Assembly (NCBI GenBank): GCA_900550035.1 | Contig: URQS01000002.1 | Span: 17,150-81,149 of the forward strand | From: an uncultured Prevotella sp. | Lineage (GTDB): Bacteria; Bacteroidota; Bacteroidia; Bacteroidales; Bacteroidaceae | Direction of reading: 5' to 3' | Length of the DNA stretch: 64,000 nt | In this document: positions 31,651-42,053 of the stretch, one piece after another | Numbering within the stretch: the first letter of the stretch is position 1 | How the letters are laid out: the number at the start of each line of letters is the position of its first letter | The notes under the pieces: generated by a model | What the model was told of the DNA's origin: nothing | The model's database searches: none | The model's input: the letters and a program-made list of their open reading frames with translations, nothing else | Position numbers and translations under genes: made by a program

Positions 31651-31661
31651 AAATAATCCTT

Positions 31662-33593
31662 ATGAACTATATATATTATATATTCCGTCGCTTGTCGGTT
31701 GTCTGCTCGATGCTTATGGCAGCGCTGACGGTGCATGCGCAAGAGTCGTTGCAGTCGCCCGATGGCAAATACACATTCGTGTTCGCCACAAAGAAGGGAC
31801 AGCTCACCTACTCTCTCTCCTATAGCGGCAAGACCATTATAGAACAAGGCGAGCTGGGTGTCAACATCGACAACCACCTTGTGGAGTCGGCTATGGGCAT
31901 ACCGGTGGATACCAACCGTGTGTGGACCAAGGGAATGGAAGTAATCAATGTGACCCGTCTGAGCGAAGACAATACTTGGAAGCCAGTCTATGGCGAGTAT
32001 GCCCAGATACGTGACCACTACAATGAGATGACCATACACCTGATAAAGGGTGGCAATCACAACAACAGCTCTAACGGTTACGACAAGCGCCAACAGTATC
32101 TCTTCGACATCATCGTACGTGCCTACGATGAGGGTGTAGCCATACGCTACCACTTCCCCGAGGCTACAAATGGACTGTTTATGCACATCACATCCGACCT
32201 CACGTCCTTCGCATTCGCTCCAGGTGCAGAGGCTTGGCACTTTGCCTGGGCACAATCGCACGCCGAACGTGTGCCTCTGATCAAGAGCCAGCCTGCATGG
32301 CGCGAAAAGGCAGAGCGTCCGCTGACGCTCCGTCTTGCCAATGGCTTGTATGCAGCAATAGGCGAGGCTGCCCTGAGCGACTTTGTACGAGGCAAGCTAC
32401 AACTTGTCGACGACAACAAGCTGCAAATGGCTCTGTACGATTCTGCCGACATCATCACCGCCTACGACATGCCGTGGCGATATATTATGGTGGGCGAGAA
32501 GGCTGTCGACCTTATCAACAACAAGCAGATGGGGCTCAATCTCAATGCGCCTTGCAAGATACAAAATACCTCTTGGATTCGTCCCGGCAAGGCTTTCCGT
32601 GTGTGCCGACTGGATATGAAGACTTGCATGGAGGGTGTGGACTTCTGTGTGGATAGAGGTCTTCAGTACATCGAGCTTGATGCAGGTTGGTATGGTCCAG
32701 AGATGAAGATGTCTTCTTCTGCCTTGAAAGTATTGGAAACTCGCGACATTGATATGCCAAAGCTCTGCCAGTATGCCAAGAGCAAGGGCATCGGCGTGTG
32801 GGTTTATGTCAACCAGAGAGCCTTGTATCAAGAGCTTGACCAGCTTTTGCCGCTCTATGAGAAGTGGGGCATCAGTGGCATCAAGTTTGGCTTTGTGCAG
32901 ATAGGTTCGCAGGAGTGGACCACTTGGCTTCACAATGCCGTAAAGAAATGTGCCGACTATCACATCATGGTGGATATCCACGATGAGTATCGTCCTACGG
33001 GATGGAGCCGCACTTATCCTAATCTCATGACGCAAGAAGGTATCGGAGGCAATGAGGAAATGCCAGATGCTGAGCACAACACGGTGCTACCCTTCACCCG
33101 ATTCCTCTGCGGACCTGCCGACTACACTCCATGCTACTTCAACGGCAGAGTGAAGAACACCAAGGCACACCAGTTGGCCATGCCAGTAGTGTATTACAGT
33201 CCGATAACATTCCTCTACTGGTACGACCTGCCCAATGTATATAAAGGCGAGACGGAACTCGACTTCTGGAAGCATTGCCCAACGGTGTGGGACGAGAGCA
33301 AGGCTCTCGACGGCGAGATAGGCGAATACATAGTCCAGGCACGCCGTTCGGGCAACGAATGGTTTGTCGGCGCCATGAACGGATTGCAACCACGCGACAT
33401 AACAATCGCAACATCGCGATTCCTTCAACATGGCAAACGCTATCGTATGGAGGTATACAACGACGACCCCTCGCTCAATACACGCACCAAGGTGTCATCC
33501 ACCATCATGAACATCAAGGCTGGCAAGACCCTCCGTCTGCATCTGCAGCCATCGGGCGGCGCGGCTTTGCGCTTTGTATTAATGGACAAATAA
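31662..33593 (+). CDS. Glycoside hydrolase family 97
   Basis: SPDG, RAYDEGVA, WIRPGK, LDAGWY, PTGWSRTYPN, GPADYTP, PTVWDES motifs; start placed at MNYIYY. Confidence 0.92.
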   Translation: MNYIYYIFRRLSVVCSMLMAALTVHAQESLQSPDGKYTFVFATKKGQLTYSLSYSGKTIIEQGELGVNIDNHLVESAMGIPVDTNRVWTKGMEVINVTRLSEDNTWKPVYGEYAQIRDHYNEMTIHLIKGGNHNNSSNGYDKRQQYLFDIIVRAYDEGVAIRYHFPEATNGLFMHITSDLTSFAFAPGAEAWHFAWAQSHAERVPLIKSQPAWREKAERPLTLRLANGLYAAIGEAALSDFVRGKLQLVDDNKLQMALYDSADIITAYDMPWRYIMVGEKAVDLINNKQMGLNLNAPCKIQNTSWIRPGKAFRVCRLDMKTCMEGVDFCVDRGLQYIELDAGWYGPEMKMSSSALKVLETRDIDMPKLCQYAKSKGIGVWVYVNQRALYQELDQLLPLYEKWGISGIKFGFVQIGSQEWTTWLHNAVKKCADYHIMVDIHDEYRPTGWSRTYPNLMTQEGIGGNEEMPDAEHNTVLPFTRFLCGPADYTPCYFNGRVKNTKAHQLAMPVVYYSPITFLYWYDLPNVYKGETELDFWKHCPTVWDESKALDGEIGEYIVQARRSGNEWFVGAMNGLQPRDITIATSRFLQHGKRYRMEVYNDDPSLNTRTKVSSTIMNIKAGKTLRLHLQPSGGAALRFVLMDK

Positions 33594-33739
33594 CCCATAA
33601 AACACCCCTTTTGAAACCATGTTTTGCTTGTTTATCAAGGGTATAATGCCCCACAAGAATGTTACTAATAAGGAAGATAAACCATCAATTCTTTTGGCTT
33701 CTGACTTTTTATTTGTAACTTCACAGCGCATTTCAAGAC

Positions 33740-35311
33740 ATGAAGGTTATGGAAGAGATAAGAAAATATCCAGTGGGCATACAGACATTCTCTGAGATAC
33801 GTGAGGAGAATTATGTTTATGTAGACAAGACCAAGTATATTGTAGATTTCATAAGGAATGGATCCAAATATCTGTTTCTGAGTCGTCCAAGACGATTCGG
33901 CAAGTCTCTTTTTGTCTCTACACTCCAAGCTTACTTTGAAGGAAGAAAGGAATTGTTTGATGGTCTTGCCCTTGGTGGTTATGAGAAGGAATGGGTTAGA
34001 CATCCTGTTTTCCACTTTGATATGAGCACCGCCAAGCACATGGAGCCAGCCAACTTAATTAATGAGATTGAAGGCAAGCTTTGTCAGTTGGAACAGGTAT
34101 ATGGTACGGAGGATTGGGCTGTTAATACCAACCAACGTTTGGAGTGTCTTGTGAAGCGAGCTTATAGGCAAACCGGACAAAAGGTCGTGCTGCTTATCGA
34201 CGAATATGATGCACCGTTGCTTGATGTTGTGCATGAGAAGGATAACTTAAAACAGTTAAGGTCGATAATACAGAACTTCTATAATCCTATTAAGTACTTG
34301 GACCCCTGGCTGCAGTTCGTGTTTATCACGGGTATTACAAAGTTCTCGCAGTTGAGTATATTCAGCGAAATCAACAATCTGGATAATATCAGTATGTACA
34401 ATCATTATTCTGCTATTTGTGGTATTAGCAAGGACGAATTACTCAATGACATGCAGCCTGACGTGGAGATGTTGGCAAATCATTTAGGCAAGACTGTTGA
34501 GGAGACTGTTGCCGAGTTGAAGTCGTATTATGACGGCTATCATTTTAGCGAAAACTCAGAGGATATATTTAATCCGTTTAGTCTTGTCAAGGCATTAAGA
34601 AATAAGAAGGTTGCTGCTTATTGGTTCAGTTCCGGCACTCCAAGCTATCTAATCAAGACCATGCATAAATACCACGTTGGTGTAATGGATATTGAGCAGA
34701 AAAGTGTTGGAGTGGACGACTTTGACGTCTCGCCTGAACAAATGACCTCGGCTCTTCCGTTGTTGTATCAGAGTGGTTATCTTACCATCAAGAAGTACAA
34801 CCCTATATTTCAGAGCTATCAGCTCGACTATCCTAATAAGGAGGTTCGCATCGGTATGATAAAGTCGTTGGCACCTAACTATTTATCACCAGTTCAATTA
34901 GATAATAATAGTTTCGTCTTCGACTTCTTGGAACAGCTTTATAATGATAATATGGATGGTGCATTACGTAAGATGCAGTCGTATCTTGCCAGTATCTCTA
35001 ACCGCTTGTCTAATAAGAGCGAGAAGGATTTTCAAACAGTGTTCTATCTCATATTTAATCTTATGGGAGCATATATATTGGTTGAAGAGGATAGTGCAAT
35101 AGGCAGGGCTGACGCTGTGCTACATCTACCAGACACCATATATGTTATGGAGTTAAAGTTCGACAAGTCGGCAGATGAGGCCTTGCGGCAGATAGACGAC
35201 AAGGGTTATTTGATTCCTTATTCGGCAGACGCAAAGCGGTTGGTAAAGGTTGGAATTAATTATGACAGCAATAAGCGCACCATAGGTGAATGGAAAATAG
35301 TTGAAGCATGA
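33740..35311 (+). CDS. AAA-ATPase-like protein with a C-terminal PD-(D/E)XK nuclease domain
   Basis: [16 protein letters not shown] (Walker A), LIDEYD (Walker B), GRAD...MELK...QI..KGY. Confidence 0.92.
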   Translation: MKVMEEIRKYPVGIQTFSEIREENYVYVDKTKYIVDFIRNGSKYLFLSRPRRFGKSLFVSTLQAYFEGRKELFDGLALGGYEKEWVRHPVFHFDMSTAKHMEPANLINEIEGKLCQLEQVYGTEDWAVNTNQRLECLVKRAYRQTGQKVVLLIDEYDAPLLDVVHEKDNLKQLRSIIQNFYNPIKYLDPWLQFVFITGITKFSQLSIFSEINNLDNISMYNHYSAICGISKDELLNDMQPDVEMLANHLGKTVEETVAELKSYYDGYHFSENSEDIFNPFSLVKALRNKKVAAYWFSSGTPSYLIKTMHKYHVGVMDIEQKSVGVDDFDVSPEQMTSALPLLYQSGYLTIKKYNPIFQSYQLDYPNKEVRIGMIKSLAPNYLSPVQLDNNSFVFDFLEQLYNDNMDGALRKMQSYLASISNRLSNKSEKDFQTVFYLIFNLMGAYILVEEDSAIGRADAVLHLPDTIYVMELKFDKSADEALRQIDDKGYLIPYSADAKRLVKVGINYDSNKRTIGEWKIVEA

Positions 35312-35347
35312 GTTATTGTCATGACTTAATTTTATAAGAATAAGCAG

Positions 35348-35383
35348 AAGCCCTAATTACAGTAAATGTGATTAGGGCTTTTT
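35348..35383 (+). terminator. Terminator
   Basis: AAGCCCTAATTAC...GTGATTAGGGCTTTTT. Confidence 0.8.
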
Positions 35384-35433
35384 ACGTATCTTTTGGCTCC
35401 CGTTCGTATTATAACAAATACGATATTATAGAT

Positions 35434-36852
35434 ATGAAACATTCGCTTTATACGTTTACGCGTTCTTTTGTGCTTGCGGCAGTACTTGTGCTGCAAGGCG
35501 TTTTGGCATCTGCCGCCCATGCCGTTGGTGTGGGTGGGGCAGGTATGTATCAGTGGTCGGTTGAGCTGCGTGGCTACATCTCCAACGAGACGGGCAAGGC
35601 CCCGGTGGCTTATCTCTGGGTGCCCGAGGGCTGCAAAAAGGTTAATGCCGTCATTCTGTCGCAGCAGAATATGACGGAGGAGACTATCTACAAGAACCCT
35701 CGCTTTCAAGCCAAGATGAAGAAGCTTGGTGTGGCTATGGTATGGGTGGCACCTGCATTTAACAACAACTGGGACCCGACATCGGGTGCGCAGCAGATAT
35801 TCGAGGCGTTGATGCCGTGTCTTGCCGACCAAAGTGGATATACCGAGATAGCCAAGGCTCCAGTCATTCCTTTGGGACATTCTGCCCAGGCAACCTTCCC
35901 TTGGAACTTTGCGGCTTGGAATCCGAACCGCGCACTGTGCATCATATCCTTTCATGGCGACGCTCCACGCACCAACCTCTGTGGCTATGGCGCTGCCAAT
36001 GTGGAGTGGGGACGCAACCGCAACATCGACGGCATACCAGGACTGATGGTAGAAGGTGAGTACGAATGGTGGGAGGCTCGTGTGCGCCCAGCCCTTGCTT
36101 TCCGCATGATGTACCCAGAGAGTTGCATCTCCTTCCTCTGTGATACAGGCAGAGGACATTTTGATTGTGGCGACCGTACAGCCTTGTATATTGCCAAGTT
36201 CATTCAGAAGGCATTAGAACAGCGTTTGAATGCCGATGGAACGCTCCGCAAGCTCAATCCTAAGGATGGTTGGCTTGCCGAGAGATTCCATTCTGACATG
36301 ATGGGTACAGATGGAGCAGATAAAGGCAAAGCTCCTGAGATAGCTTCTGCCTCTCGCCCTCAGCCTGCACCTTATAATATATATAAGGGCGACAAGCACG
36401 ATGCCTTCTGGTATTTCGATAAGGAAATGGCGGAACTCACAGAGGCTCGATACAAGGAGACGGCGGACAAGAAAGTGCAGTATGTTGGTTTCGAGTATCA
36501 AGGTAAGCTCATTACATACAACGATAAGTTGCAGGGAGGCATGAAGCTTGATTTAAGAAACCTGAAGGGCATCACCTTCCAGCTAAAGGCGGTCTATACC
36601 GATAGCTCTCATAATGCAACCACCCAAGAGCATGGCAAAAAGAATCCTCACATTGAGGTAATCAATGGTCCTGTCAAGAAAGTCAATGATACGACCTTCA
36701 AGTTCTATCCATACGAGGCAGGATGGGACAATGCCCGTAGATCATTCACCTGCTGGCTGGTAGCGGTTGCTGATGCCGATGGTGAATATAAGGGTGCCGT
36801 GCAACCTATCTGTATTGAGATTCCGAAAGATGTGATGAATCGCTTGAAATGA
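35434..36852 (+). CDS. Secreted hypothetical protein, possible alpha/beta-hydrolase fold
   Basis: Signal peptide from MKHSLY; PVIPLGHSAQA resembles a nucleophile elbow; later GRGHFD. Confidence 0.6.
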   Translation: MKHSLYTFTRSFVLAAVLVLQGVLASAAHAVGVGGAGMYQWSVELRGYISNETGKAPVAYLWVPEGCKKVNAVILSQQNMTEETIYKNPRFQAKMKKLGVAMVWVAPAFNNNWDPTSGAQQIFEALMPCLADQSGYTEIAKAPVIPLGHSAQATFPWNFAAWNPNRALCIISFHGDAPRTNLCGYGAANVEWGRNRNIDGIPGLMVEGEYEWWEARVRPALAFRMMYPESCISFLCDTGRGHFDCGDRTALYIAKFIQKALEQRLNADGTLRKLNPKDGWLAERFHSDMMGTDGADKGKAPEIASASRPQPAPYNIYKGDKHDAFWYFDKEMAELTEARYKETADKKVQYVGFEYQGKLITYNDKLQGGMKLDLRNLKGITFQLKAVYTDSSHNATTQEHGKKNPHIEVINGPVKKVNDTTFKFYPYEAGWDNARRSFTCWLVAVADADGEYKGAVQPICIEIPKDVMNRLK

Positions 36853-36871
36853 AAATAAAACAGATGAGAGT

Positions 36872-36905
36872 AATCCCATTGGTAGTAATGCCAATGGGAT
36901 TTTTT
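36872..36905 (+). terminator. Terminator
   Basis: AATCCCATTGG...CCAATGGGATTTTTT. Confidence 0.85.
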
Positions 36906-36982
36906 GTTAGCGCTTATAAGTACATTTTGCTTTATAATCGTATACATAGAAAAACAAAACATAACAATGATGATTAAGACAT

Positions 36983-39900
36983 ATGAATATCAAGAATCTA
37001 TTATTATTTTCGGTGACTCTCTTCGGCTCAACTCTTTCTGTAAGTGCATACGAGCATGAGTGGGAGAACCCGATCGTGTTTGAGAGAGGTAAGGAACAAC
37101 CACATGCTTGGTTCAAAACCTCGCATACGAAATTGCTCAATGGCAAGTGGCGTTTCCATTATTCCGATGACATCAAGGATGCCCCGACGGATTTCTACCG
37201 CCAGAACTTCGATGACTCCAAGTGGGCACAGATTCCTGTGCCATCCAACTGGGAACTCTTAGGCTTTGGTGCACTATTGTATGCCAATATCACCTATCCG
37301 TGGTCGCCTAATCCTCCTTACATCGACATCCCTAACCCTGTGGGTACTTACCGTACTTCTTTCACTGTGCCTTCACAGTGGAAAGACAGAGAAGTGATGC
37401 TCCACTTCGGTTCTATTACGGGTTATGCGAGAGTATGGGTGAATGGCACGGAGGTGGGTATGACCAAGTGCTCCAAGACTCCTGCTGAGTTCAATGTGAC
37501 GAAGTATGTTCATCCTGATGGTCGTGCCAATCAAATGGCGGTACAAGTGTATCGTTGGCACGATGGCAGCTATATGGAGGATCAGGACTTCTGGCGTATC
37601 ACAGGAATAGAGCGTGACGTGTATCTGCAAGCTTACAACCCTGTGTCTGTATGGGATTACAATATTACGGCTACTCCTGTGGATAACTATCGCAATGGAC
37701 AGCTTGAGACAGATGTTACCATTCGCAATTTCTCCGGTAAGTCAGTCTCTGATAAGATGTTGGTTCAACTTCGAGATGCCAGTGGCAAGTTGGTGCTGAA
37801 TGAGAGTAAGCCTTTCAGAACAGATGGCAAGGAAACAACCATCCACGTGAGCAAGAAACTCAACAAGGTAAACCTATGGAGTGGCGAAAAACCTTATCTC
37901 TATCAGATGTCGATGATACTGGGTGGTGACACCGTGCGCCAGCAAGTGGGCTTCCGTGAGGTAAAGATCGAGAACGCCCGACTGCTTGTCAATGGCAAGA
38001 TGGTATATATCAAGGGTGTCAATCGCCATGAGCACAATGACTCCCTAGGACACGTGCAGAGCCACGAAATTATGATGGATAATCTGCGCCGCCTGCGTGA
38101 GTTGAACATCAATGCCGTGCGTAGCAGCCATTATCCTAATTGTCCAGAATGGCTCGACCTCTGTGATAAGTATGGCATCTATGTGGTGGATGAGGCAAAT
38201 ATCGAGACCCACGGAATGGGCAGTTGTGTCTATTTCACCGATACCGTACCACATCCTGCTTATCGCAAGGAATGGGCTCCTGCACACCGTGACCGCATCC
38301 ATCGTATGTTCTATCGTGACCGTAACCATCCTAGCATCATTGGTTGGTCTATGGGTAATGAGTGTGGCAATGGACAGGTATTCCATGAGCAGTATCGCTG
38401 GTTGAAAGCGAACGATAAAACTCGCTTCGTACAGTTTGAGCAAGCTTGGGAGGAAGAAAATACCGACATCGTGTGCCACATGTATCCCAACTGGGGCAGG
38501 GTGCTCGCCTATGCCAAGAGTGGCAAACAGCGTCCTTTCATCATGTGTGAGTATGCTCATGCGCAAGGTAATAGCAATGGAAATCTTCAGGATTACTGGG
38601 ACGTAATCAAGAAGTCGCCTAACTTGCAAGGTGGATTTATCTGGGACTTCCAAGACCAGGGCATCCGCCGTACCATCAACGAGAATACCGACCATCGTAC
38701 CTATTGGATGTATAATGGAGAGATGGGCAGTTACGTTTGGCCTGTGGAGATGAACAGTGGTTGTGATGGTGTCCTTGCTTCCGATATGAGTTACAAGCCG
38801 CAAGCCTTAGAGGTGAAGAAGGTATATCAAGACATTATCTTCCCAAGTTTCGACTGGAAAAAGGGTGAGTTGACAGTGAGAAATGAGTATCAATTCTCTA
38901 CGCTTGCCGACTATGACTTCCATTGGACGCTCTGCAAGGAAGGCAAGGAGGTGGCTGCGGGCGACTTCCGCTTGAAGACCTTGCCACAGCAAGAGAGCAA
39001 GGTGCACATCAAGATGCCATCGCTGAAAGATTCTGATGAATATACGCTTCAAGTGTATGCCTATACTCGTGAGGCAAGCGACCTCTTGCCTACTCATTAT
39101 GATGTGGCAAAGGAGCAGTTCTTGCATGAGGGCAAGTTGGAAGAGAATGTTAGCCTGCAAGCACAAGGCGACGTCAAGGTGGAAACCCAGAAGAACAACA
39201 TCGTGCTGACAATAGGCGACATCAAGGCGGAAATCAACAAGCAGAATGGTGCGCTCACCAATTATGCCATGGATGGTGTTTCAGTCTTGCACAATCGTAC
39301 TGCCTTGGAACCTTACTTCTGGCGTGCGCCTAATGACAACGATTACGGCAACAAGATGCCACAAAAGAGTAACGTATGGCGTTCGGCACAGACCAATCGC
39401 TATGTATCGAAATGTCAGGTGGGCGAACCTACTGAGGAAGGAGTGCTCATTACCTTTGACATGGTGTTGAGCGATTTCAAGCAACCTTATCATCTCTCTT
39501 ATCTCTTCCGCAAGGATGGCAGCATTGACGTTAAGGCGAGTATGGACACCAGGGGAAAGAAACTGCCGGAATTACCTCGCTTCGGTATGCGTATGACGCT
39601 TCCTAAGGGCTTCGAGAACGTAAGCTACTATGGTCGTGGTCCATGGGAGAACTACTCCGACAGAAAGACAAGTCAGTTCATCGGTCTCTACCATACCACC
39701 GTGACGGATATGTATTACCCATACATCTTCCCTCAGCAGACAGGCAACCACAGTGATGTGCGTTGGGCAGAAATAGCTTCGCCTAAGGCTGGCATCACCC
39801 TTCGCTTCCAAGCCGAGAAGCCGATGGATTTCTCTGCCTTGCACTTCGCGGACGAAGATCTCGACATGGGATTGGAGAAGAAGATGATGCACCAGAAGGA

Positions 39901-40051
39901 CATGCACCCACGTCAGGAAACGTATGTGATTCTGGATGGTGCTCAGCGAGGAGTCGGTGGTGATAACAGTTGGGGTGAGCCACCTCATAAGGAGTATCGC
40001 CTCTTCGAAGGGGAGTATTCTTTGGCTTATCGCCTGACATTGAAGAAGTAA
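36983..40051 (+). CDS. GH2 beta-galactosidase (LacZ-type architecture)
   Basis: EDQDFWR, KGVNRHE, RSSHYP, DEANIETHG, WSMGNE, CEYAHA, GGFIWD motifs. Confidence 0.95.
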   Translation: MNIKNLLLFSVTLFGSTLSVSAYEHEWENPIVFERGKEQPHAWFKTSHTKLLNGKWRFHYSDDIKDAPTDFYRQNFDDSKWAQIPVPSNWELLGFGALLYANITYPWSPNPPYIDIPNPVGTYRTSFTVPSQWKDREVMLHFGSITGYARVWVNGTEVGMTKCSKTPAEFNVTKYVHPDGRANQMAVQVYRWHDGSYMEDQDFWRITGIERDVYLQAYNPVSVWDYNITATPVDNYRNGQLETDVTIRNFSGKSVSDKMLVQLRDASGKLVLNESKPFRTDGKETTIHVSKKLNKVNLWSGEKPYLYQMSMILGGDTVRQQVGFREVKIENARLLVNGKMVYIKGVNRHEHNDSLGHVQSHEIMMDNLRRLRELNINAVRSSHYPNCPEWLDLCDKYGIYVVDEANIETHGMGSCVYFTDTVPHPAYRKEWAPAHRDRIHRMFYRDRNHPSIIGWSMGNECGNGQVFHEQYRWLKANDKTRFVQFEQAWEEENTDIVCHMYPNWGRVLAYAKSGKQRPFIMCEYAHAQGNSNGNLQDYWDVIKKSPNLQGGFIWDFQDQGIRRTINENTDHRTYWMYNGEMGSYVWPVEMNSGCDGVLASDMSYKPQALEVKKVYQDIIFPSFDWKKGELTVRNEYQFSTLADYDFHWTLCKEGKEVAAGDFRLKTLPQQESKVHIKMPSLKDSDEYTLQVYAYTREASDLLPTHYDVAKEQFLHEGKLEENVSLQAQGDVKVETQKNNIVLTIGDIKAEINKQNGALTNYAMDGVSVLHNRTALEPYFWRAPNDNDYGNKMPQKSNVWRSAQTNRYVSKCQVGEPTEEGVLITFDMVLSDFKQPYHLSYLFRKDGSIDVKASMDTRGKKLPELPRFGMRMTLPKGFENVSYYGRGPWENYSDRKTSQFIGLYHTTVTDMYYPYIFPQQTGNHSDVRWAEIASPKAGITLRFQAEKPMDFSALHFADEDLDMGLEKKMMHQKDMHPRQETYVILDGAQRGVGGDNSWGEPPHKEYRLFEGEYSLAYRLTLKK

Positions 40052-40075
40052 AAGACTTTTTCTTCTTGCTTTATA

Positions 40076-40118
40076 CAAAAAGTTATCCAGGGATGTTGCA
40101 TCTTTGGATAACTTTTTG
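40076..40118. terminator. Bidirectional terminator
   Basis: CAAAAAGTTATCCA...TGGATAACTTTTTG between convergent genes. Confidence 0.85.
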
Positions 40119-40179
40119 TTTCTTTTGCAGCATCAGAACTTAAATGTGCTGTATAGGTATATTGAGTTGTTACTTGCAA

Positions 40180-41592
40180 CTAAAATAGTTCATCGGCAGT
40201 TATCTCTTTCTGAATTTGATTCCAATATTCATTGTGTGTCACGCCATTTGTCGTAATCATTGTTAAGAGAATCGATTTCTTGGTCTTAGTGTCATCAATG
40301 AATCTTTCCACTTTATTGTTGAGCGACATCGCATAATCTTTCGTAATGGTATATTCTCCTTTTGAGAACTTAATTTCACAAATGTTGATGATGTTGTCGC
40401 TCCTATCTAGTACCATGTCTATTTGAGCACCAGAGGAGTGCATTCCTCCTTTCGCTTTCCAAGAATAGCATTGTGTGGCTACACCAGCAATCCCCATCGC
40501 TTGTTTGATTTGTGGAATATGCTGAAAGCAAACTCGTTCGAAAGCCAATCCTGTCCATGCGGCTCTGATAGGAGAATTGTAGCTGTTGGACCAGAAATGT
40601 TCATCATTGTTTTGGTTCTCTTTGATGTACTTATAATAAAATATAGTGAAGTTATCAACCAATTGGATCAGGTCATCTTTGGATTTTCCCCCATAAGAAG
40701 GTATTCGCTTGATGAATCCACATTCCGTCAAGTCTTCCAGCATTCTCGTGAGTTTACCATTGCTTGTAATGCCGCCTTCTTTTACCAATTCGTCACGGGT
40801 CATTCCAAGACGGATTGTGCCTAAGGCATCGATAATCTTGAGATATGATTCTGGCTCATTGAAAAGAGAATCGTATAACTCATTAAACTCATTATGTAGG
40901 AAACCTGTTTCGGAGAAAATCATGTTGTCTATATTTTGGGCCACACTCAGCCCTTTGTCAAGGCGTGACCAATAGAAGGCAACTCCCCCTAAAACCATAT
41001 AATATTCTATAAGGTCGTAATGAGAAGCACGCATGCCCAGATACTTGGCATATTCTTCGCATTCGTGTAGCGTGAATGGCTGGAGATGTATGCGATAAGT
41101 AACACGATTGTGCAGCCCACCATGGTTTTTTAATACTTTATTGATAATCCATGAGGTGGCAGAGCCGCAGATAATCAAGAGAACATCTTTGCGAGCAGAG
41201 GCAAAGGAGTTCCAAAAATATTCCAATGCCGAAAGGAATCCTGAGCGAGGGGTGTCAAGCCAGGGAACCTCGTCTATGAAGATAACTTTCTTTTCGTCCT
41301 TGCTTTCTTTGATGAATTGAGCCAGTTGAAAGAAGGCATCGCTCCAATCTGTTGGGATTCTTACTTTCTTCATTCCACTCATTTTTAGGGCATCTCTGAA
41401 GTTGCGAAGTTGTTTCTTGAGTGTTTCTTTATACACACCAGTATGCTGAAAGGCAAACTGATAGTTGAAAGTCTCTCTGATAAGGAAAGTCTTCCCAATG
41501 CGTCGACGTCCATAAACTGCCACAAACTCAGAGTATTCTGAGTGATATGCCTGCTGTAATGTTTTTATTTCTTTTTCTCTTCCGATAAGCAT
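40180..41592 (-). CDS. ATP-binding protein (ATPase_2-type) with a C-terminal PD-(D/E)XK-like domain
   Basis: LIGREKE, YGRRRIGKT, IFIDEVPW, CGSA, QIDMVLDR...ICEIKF motifs. Confidence 0.9.
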   Translation of the reverse strand: MLIGREKEIKTLQQAYHSEYSEFVAVYGRRRIGKTFLIRETFNYQFAFQHTGVYKETLKKQLRNFRDALKMSGMKKVRIPTDWSDAFFQLAQFIKESKDEKKVIFIDEVPWLDTPRSGFLSALEYFWNSFASARKDVLLIICGSATSWIINKVLKNHGGLHNRVTYRIHLQPFTLHECEEYAKYLGMRASHYDLIEYYMVLGGVAFYWSRLDKGLSVAQNIDNMIFSETGFLHNEFNELYDSLFNEPESYLKIIDALGTIRLGMTRDELVKEGGITSNGKLTRMLEDLTECGFIKRIPSYGGKSKDDLIQLVDNFTIFYYKYIKENQNNDEHFWSNSYNSPIRAAWTGLAFERVCFQHIPQIKQAMGIAGVATQCYSWKAKGGMHSSGAQIDMVLDRSDNIINICEIKFSKGEYTITKDYAMSLNNKVERFIDDTKTKKSILLTMITTNGVTHNEYWNQIQKEITADELF

Positions 41593-41623
41593 AATGGTCT
41601 CTTCTTTTTGAGTGCAAACATAA

Positions 41624-41695
41624 TAAAAATATGCTTATAAGCTGCCAAAACCATGTTAAAAAGTATAGTTTTGGCAGCTTATAAGCATATTTTTA
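41624..41695. promoter_or_regulatory. Perfect 28-bp inverted repeat over the ATPase promoter
   Basis: TAAAAATATGCTTATAAGCTGCCAAAAC, 16-bp spacer, exact reverse complement; a TATGTTTG -7 box lies adjacent on the minus strand. Confidence 0.8.
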
Positions 41696-41789
41696 ACGTA
41701 TAACAAACAATAGCTGCGCTTCCTTATTACTCAGCAAGCTTTTGACATATCGAAAGGTATGGGCATCTGGGGCATGCTGATTATTGCGC

Positions 41790-41827
41790 CCTCGCGAGGA
41801 AACAATTGCAACCTCGCGAGGAAACAA
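41790..41827. repeat. Two direct copies of CCTCGCGAGGAAACAA, 22-bp period
   Basis: 41790-41805 and 41812-41827; the core CCTCGCGAGG is palindromic. Confidence 0.8.
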
Positions 41828-41837
41828 AAAAGGTTTC

Positions 41838-42053
41838 TTATTTCGCCACTCTGAACCAGTCGGCATCAATCCATCCGCGATTGCCCATGGTATTGCTGCG
41901 CTCGCTGACATATCCCATTTTGGCTCCAATCCATTTGCCCTGCCTTAGGGCGAATACGTCGCCTACATCTTTATATCGCTTGCCGTCGAGGCTGTAGGCA
42001 AACCGGCACATGCCGTCGTTCACCCTCATGCGCATATATATGTCGAGATATAT
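41838..42053 (-). pseudogene. GH43 C-terminal beta-sandwich remnant truncated by the IS
   Basis: CRFAYSLDGKRY..VGDVF...GKWIGAKMG...DADWFRV; abuts the IS end at 42054. Confidence 0.75.
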
